Shown in pieces: positions 59,730 through 64,000 of a stretch of 64,000 nt of DNA. Both the position numbers and the translations under genes were made by a program. The notes beneath the pieces are model-generated. The model saw nothing but the letters and a program-made list of their open reading frames with translations, searched no databases and had not been told where the DNA came from. Within the stretch, counting starts at the first letter, position 1. Each line of letters begins with the position of its first letter. Origin of the DNA: Candidatus Binatia bacterium (GTDB lineage Bacteria > Desulfobacterota > Binatia > UBA9968 > CAXXLF01); contig CAXXLF010000001.1 in assembly GCA_963664015.2 (NCBI GenBank), positions 192,001 to 256,000 of the forward strand, in the 5' to 3' direction.

Positions 59730-60346
59730 AATTTTTTCCTTCCCTCGAGGGCCTGACTCAAAGTGACTGCATCAGTGTATTCCAGCTCACCTCCCATGGG
59801 TAACCCTCTGGCGATACGGCTCACTTTAACCCCCAGAGCCTTGATTTCCCTGGCCAGATAGAGGGCGGTCGCCTCGCCGGATACCGTATGGTTGGTAGCT
59901 AAAATCACCTCCCGAACGCTGGAGCCCTTGATCCGGGACAAGAGATTCCCGATTCTCAGTGACTCGGGCCCCATTCCATCCAGTGGTGAAATAGCTCCAT
60001 GCAATACGTGATAGGTGCCTTTAAATTCCCCAGATCTCTCCACCGCCATCATATCGACCGGCTCCTCGACGACACAGACCTGTTCTCTTTCCCGCTGCGG
60101 ATTTCGACACACATGACACTCCGTGCCAGCGTCGCTTCCCGGCTTCAACTCGCACAGTCCGAAACAGGTCGGACAAAGCGATATTTCCTGTTTCAACCGG
60201 CCCACGCTTTCGGACAGGGCCAGGACCTCTCTCTGGTCCGCCTTGAGCAAGTGAAAGGCCAGTCGACCGGCCGTCTTCTCACCAATACCGGGGAGCCTGG
60301 ACAATTCCTGAATCAGACGTGCAAGGGGTAATGGATAGGAACTCAT
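59726..60346 (-). CDS. recR: recombination mediator RecR
   Basis: LPGIGEKTA, C4 Zn finger, YHVLHG, GEATA, GGELEY. Confidence 0.97.
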   Translation of the reverse strand: MSSYPLPLARLIQELSRLPGIGEKTAGRLAFHLLKADQREVLALSESVGRLKQEISLCPTCFGLCELKPGSDAGTECHVCRNPQREREQVCVVEEPVDMMAVERSGEFKGTYHVLHGAISPLDGMGPESLRIGNLLSRIKGSSVREVILATNHTVSGEATALYLAREIKALGVKVSRIARGLPMGGELEYTDAVTLSQALEGRKKL

Positions 60347-60669
60347 GTCATTAATCCTGGGATCTTCATCCCCCCTGTCAACTTGCCCATCTCTTCGGAA
60401 ACCATCTCACGGGCCCGCCGCACCCCCTCGTTGACCGCCGCTTGAATTAGATCCTGCAACATCTCGATCTCCTGTGGGTTCACTACCGTAGGATCAATCT
60501 TGATCGAGGAAAGGACAAATTGTCCATTGACTGAGACCTGCACCATGCCACCGCCCGAGGAGGCGTCGACGGTCTTTTTAGCCATCTCCTCCTGAATCCG
60601 CGCGAGTTTGGTCTGGACCTCCTGTGCCTGTTTCATGAGGTTTCCCATATCACCAAAGCCTTTTGCCAT
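60343..60669 (-). CDS. ybaB: YbaB/EbfC nucleoid-associated protein
   Basis: MKQAQ, GGGMV, LQDLI.AAVN; synteny with dnaX/recR. Confidence 0.95.
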   Translation of the reverse strand: MAKGFGDMGNLMKQAQEVQTKLARIQEEMAKKTVDASSGGGMVQVSVNGQFVLSSIKIDPTVVNPQEIEMLQDLIQAAVNEGVRRAREMVSEEMGKLTGGMKIPGLMT

Positions 60670-60731
60670 AACTCCTCCAATCTAAACTCTGGAAAAATCG
60701 AATCAACACGATGGGTAATTAGTTAAATTTA

Positions 60732-62465
60732 TCATTTAATTTCCTTAATGGAACCACCAAAAATCCTTAAGGCTTCTCCAACAATACCGTCTTGCGCAGC
60801 AGTGCTTGGCGAAGCCCCTTCAAGGGAACTATCCGTAGCTTTCGGCTCTCCGGCTAAAGGGGCAACCGTCACGGATACATCACCGGAAAAAAAGCGACTG
60901 GCAAAGTCCTTCAGCGCGGAGAGGTTCTCCCGGTCCTGAAGGTAGCTCAAATGATGGCGATCCTCGACACCAATTTTTAGTTGCCCAGGGGGAAGCTTAA
61001 GGGGACGTACCTGCTCAAGGTGTGACGCCAAGAACCGTTTTTCTTTCATGACAAAGGAAACAAACTCGCCCCACAACCTGAACTCATCAGGTCCGCCGGT
61101 CGGAACCAGTACGGGCTTTTCCTCACTAGACTGGTCCAGGCCCGATGGATCAGAGGGTGTAGGTTGAATCGATTCAACCTTTTCATCCGTAACCGCATGG
61201 GAAGACGCCGTAACCGGAGCGCCCACGGATGGCTCCAATGCCTCTCCCCCGGACAGCCTCTGTTCGATTTCACTGAGCCTTTCAAGTGCGTTGGAGACGG
61301 CTATGGACTTTGGCAGCGTTGCCAATCTGACCAAGGTCGTCTCCAGAGCAAAGCGAGGATAGGCAGAGCGGGCGATATCCTCATCTCCTTTTACCATAAC
61401 CCTAAAAAAGTCCATCAGTGATTCAACCGAAAGATCCGCCACCTGTGCCCGCAGTCCTGCAATCTCTTGATCGTGGAGATCGAAGAGGGAGCCTGAGGCT
61501 CGGGACGGGGATCCCGATGGACCCTCGCCCGTACCCTGATCCAAAACCAAGCGGGCAACCAGAAGGTTACGAAAATGCTCCACCAGTTCCTGTGACAGCC
61601 GGGGTAAGTCCAGGCCGTTGATCGACGCGTCGGCAACCATTTCGATGCATCGATCCGGCTTCCCTTGAATCACCGCCCCACAGATATCGTAAAGAATCTT
61701 TCGTTCGGCAATACCGAGAATATCTTGCAACAGACGTTCATCGACCTCCACGGCGGCCCCTTCCTCCCCTAGCCCAGGAGCTGCATAGGAAAGGACCTGC
61801 TCGAGCAGTGATTGGGCGTCACGCATACTCCCCTGCGCTTCTCGGGCAATAAGGAGAAGGGCGTTTTCCGTAATCCGCAAGGATTCGACCTCGGCGATTT
61901 CTTGAAGTTTCCGGGTCATTTCCATTACCCGAATACGACGAAAATCAAACCGCTGGCAGCGAGAACGAATGGTATCGGGCAAACGATGCGCTTCGGTCGT
62001 TGCCAGAATAAATCTGACGAACGGAGGGGGCTCCTCCAACGTCTTGAGCAAGGCATTAAAGGCGTCCTTGGTGACCTGATGCACCTCATCAATGATGTAG
62101 ATCTTGAAACGGCTCTTGGCCGGCTGGTAACGGGAGTTCTCTATGATCTGGCGCACCTCGTCGATGCCCCGATTGGAGGCTCCGTCAACCTCGTAAACGT
62201 CCATGGAGTTGCCACTAACGATCTCGGTGCAGTGGGTGCATTCGTTGCAGGGTTCCGGAGTAGGCCCCTTTTCGCAGTTTAGCGCCTTAGCCAAGATTCG
62301 GGCAGCGGTGGTCTTTCCCACACCGCGCACTCCCGTGAAAAGATAGCAATGGGCAATTCGGTTATAGAGAATCGCGTTCGTCAAGATTCGGGTTATGTGC
62401 TCCTGACCAACAATATCCCCGAAATTCTGGGGTCGCCATTTTCTTGCTAGAACCAGGTAGGACAT
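60732..62465 (-). CDS. dnaX: DNA polymerase III subunit gamma/tau
   Basis: LARKWRPQ, GVGKTT, IDEVH, NALLKTLEEPP, SRC. Confidence 0.97.
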   Translation of the reverse strand: MSYLVLARKWRPQNFGDIVGQEHITRILTNAILYNRIAHCYLFTGVRGVGKTTAARILAKALNCEKGPTPEPCNECTHCTEIVSGNSMDVYEVDGASNRGIDEVRQIIENSRYQPAKSRFKIYIIDEVHQVTKDAFNALLKTLEEPPPFVRFILATTEAHRLPDTIRSRCQRFDFRRIRVMEMTRKLQEIAEVESLRITENALLLIAREAQGSMRDAQSLLEQVLSYAAPGLGEEGAAVEVDERLLQDILGIAERKILYDICGAVIQGKPDRCIEMVADASINGLDLPRLSQELVEHFRNLLVARLVLDQGTGEGPSGSPSRASGSLFDLHDQEIAGLRAQVADLSVESLMDFFRVMVKGDEDIARSAYPRFALETTLVRLATLPKSIAVSNALERLSEIEQRLSGGEALEPSVGAPVTASSHAVTDEKVESIQPTPSDPSGLDQSSEEKPVLVPTGGPDEFRLWGEFVSFVMKEKRFLASHLEQVRPLKLPPGQLKIGVEDRHHLSYLQDRENLSALKDFASRFFSGDVSVTVAPLAGEPKATDSSLEGASPSTAAQDGIVGEALRIFGGSIKEIK

Positions 62466-62481
62466 AAGGTTTGGATAGCCA

Positions 62482-62593
62482 TTGCTGACAGCCAGGTTGC
62501 CCTGTGGCACAGGGGTATGCTCGCTACCGCTGCTTCCTTCCGGACCTGACGGGGTTCACGGAACCACCTTGCACAGGACCCGGCCATCAGCAA
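62482..62593 (-). ncRNA. ffs: signal recognition particle RNA (small, 4.5S)
   Basis: GTCAGGTCCGGAAGGAAGCAGC core within a long hairpin, upstream of dnaX. Confidence 0.95.
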
Positions 62594-62744
62594 TGACGTC
62601 CCCGCTTAAAAACTTAAAGCGTAAATCATATTCGTCATTCGGCCCACGATCTTACAAGACTGGCAACCTCAACGGTAGATGAGCCCTGTGCGTAATCATT
62701 GAACATTCCATCGGCCCGGTTTAATGTCTGACCAATGCCCAAAG

Positions 62745-62838
<94 letters not shown>

Positions 62839-62982
62839 CCAATCGTCGGCCTCCCGATTTCAAATACCATACAAAACAACTATCAGAAAAATCATTATTT
62901 CGAAAACAGACAGGACACTCATTCCTCAATTGCATCGGGAACCAAGCCGGGTATATTGGGGTTATCCTTCCCAGGAGGGTTT

Positions 62983-63579
62983 ATGTTTCAGCCCCAATTT
63001 AAGACCTTCATAATCGTCTGCATATTACTCCATTTTTCCTCCCATAGCTATGCTCAGCTGGGGACTACGGAAGCAACGCCAATGGAACCCACTGACCTGG
63101 ATAGGGTCAAGGCCGACAGCCGGGCACCGGACTTTACCCTGGAAGATATGGAAGGGAAAAGGGTCTCGCTTTTCGAATTTCGCGGCAAGAAAAAGGTCGT
63201 TCTCGTTTTTTATCGAGGCCACTGATGGCCCTACTGTGCAAAACAGCTCGGTGAGCTGAAACACCTCTTAACCACTAAAGAAAAGCAAGGGGTTCAGATC
63301 CTAGCCATCAGTATCGATTCCGATGGCGCATCACAGAGGCTGGTGCAGGAGCTGGAGGAAAGGTTTCCGGGAGAGTTTGACTTTCCACTACTCGAGGACA
63401 AAAACCATCGGGTGATCGATCGATATGGGATTCTCAACCCGAGGAGTCCCGGCTGGCCTCACCCAGCCACCTACGTGATTGACAAGACAGGTGTGGTCCG
63501 TTGGCGTTTCGTTAAACGGGACTATACGCATAGGGCGAGTAACGAGGATATCTTACAGGCGTTGCGAGGTGCCCTCTAA
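62983..63579 (+). CDS. exported AhpC/TSA peroxiredoxin-like protein with in-frame UGA (putative selenoprotein)
   Basis: AGGAGG RBS; APDFTL..FYRGH-TGA(63223)-WPYC..ILAISID..FPLL.D..HPATYVID in one frame; hairpin CAGCTC-GGT-GAGCTG downstream. Confidence 0.75.
63244..63258 (+). promoter_or_regulatory. SECIS-like hairpin
   Basis: perfect 6-bp stem with G-first loop, 24 nt 3' of the UGA. Confidence 0.65.
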
Positions 63580-63844
63580 GCCAAGTCCGGCCCTCCCCTT
63601 TGTGGCCTCCAATCCATGGACTTGGACCAGCCAACCTTGCCCTTCGTTGATCCTTTCCGCTATACTTCTCCTTCTTTGAGGTATGGCATGAGCCAACCCT
63701 CGGGCCAGTCATAGTAACCTGAACCAGTCCACAACGACTGACCGCCTCTGAGAAGCTCAACCACCTAGCCTCTCTTCTTCGGCCGCGTTCGCAGGAGATG
63801 GCAACTACCGTCAAGGCATCTGGAGGGAGAACCGCAGCATTCGC

Positions 63845-64000
63845 ACCTTTCGTTCGCTCCTGCATAAGAACTACGCGATTTTTTGGTCCAGCGATATTCT
63901 GTCTTCTGTTGGGGCGCTGATCCGAGATGTTGCACTTTACTGGCTCGTATACGAGATAACCGGATCCGCTATCGCATTGGCCCTACTGGGCCTCTGTGAG
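63845..64000 (+). CDS. MFS transporter (MFS_3-like), N-terminal part, runs off the window; start unclear
   Basis: TFRSLLHKNYAIFW..S.VG...ALYWLVYEITGSAIALALLG; no in-frame ATG after the stop at 63749, so the 5' end may be frameshifted. Confidence 0.65.

Noticed and set aside
60732-62465. programmed -1 frameshift in dnaX
   Set aside because: no A-AAA-AAG slippery site or long A-run seen on the coding strand

Overview
Bacterial chromosome window. The gene content (expanded TctC-like and ABC solute-binding proteins, amidohydrolase, Rieske, UbiD and cupin enzymes) suggests a Candidatus Binatia/deltaproteobacteria-like lineage; this is inference. (1) 1-5964 looks like the right end of an element integrated at tRNA-Ala(CGC). 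It carries a 3' tRNA fragment (attR-like), 11-bp-periodic arm-type repeats, an orphan terminase-small-subunit-like HTH gene, and a secreted S1/P1 nuclease fused to an unknown domain with a small partner gene. (2) 6.2-25.7 kb is a transport/catabolism region: PQQ sugar dehydrogenase, Zn-ADH, Rieske oxygenase, four non-canonical TctC paralogs plus a TctA-TctB fusion, ABC SBPs, a bicupin preceded by a 21-aa small ORF, MFS and lhgO. (3) 25.7-64 kb is mostly housekeeping: mutM, rsmA, tsaD, mrcB, degP, cysK, ispD, carD, rimI, tRNA-Cys, grxC, coaE, efp, pncA, metF, recR-ybaB-dnaX, SRP RNA and tRNA-Ser. It is interspersed with pseudogenes (larE, exeA/gspK, gdh, prpF). Top candidate for novelty: a peroxiredoxin-like gene split by an in-frame TGA with a SECIS-like hairpin, where the UGA sits one codon upstream of the usual position (U-W-P-Y-C rather than W-U-P-Y-C).
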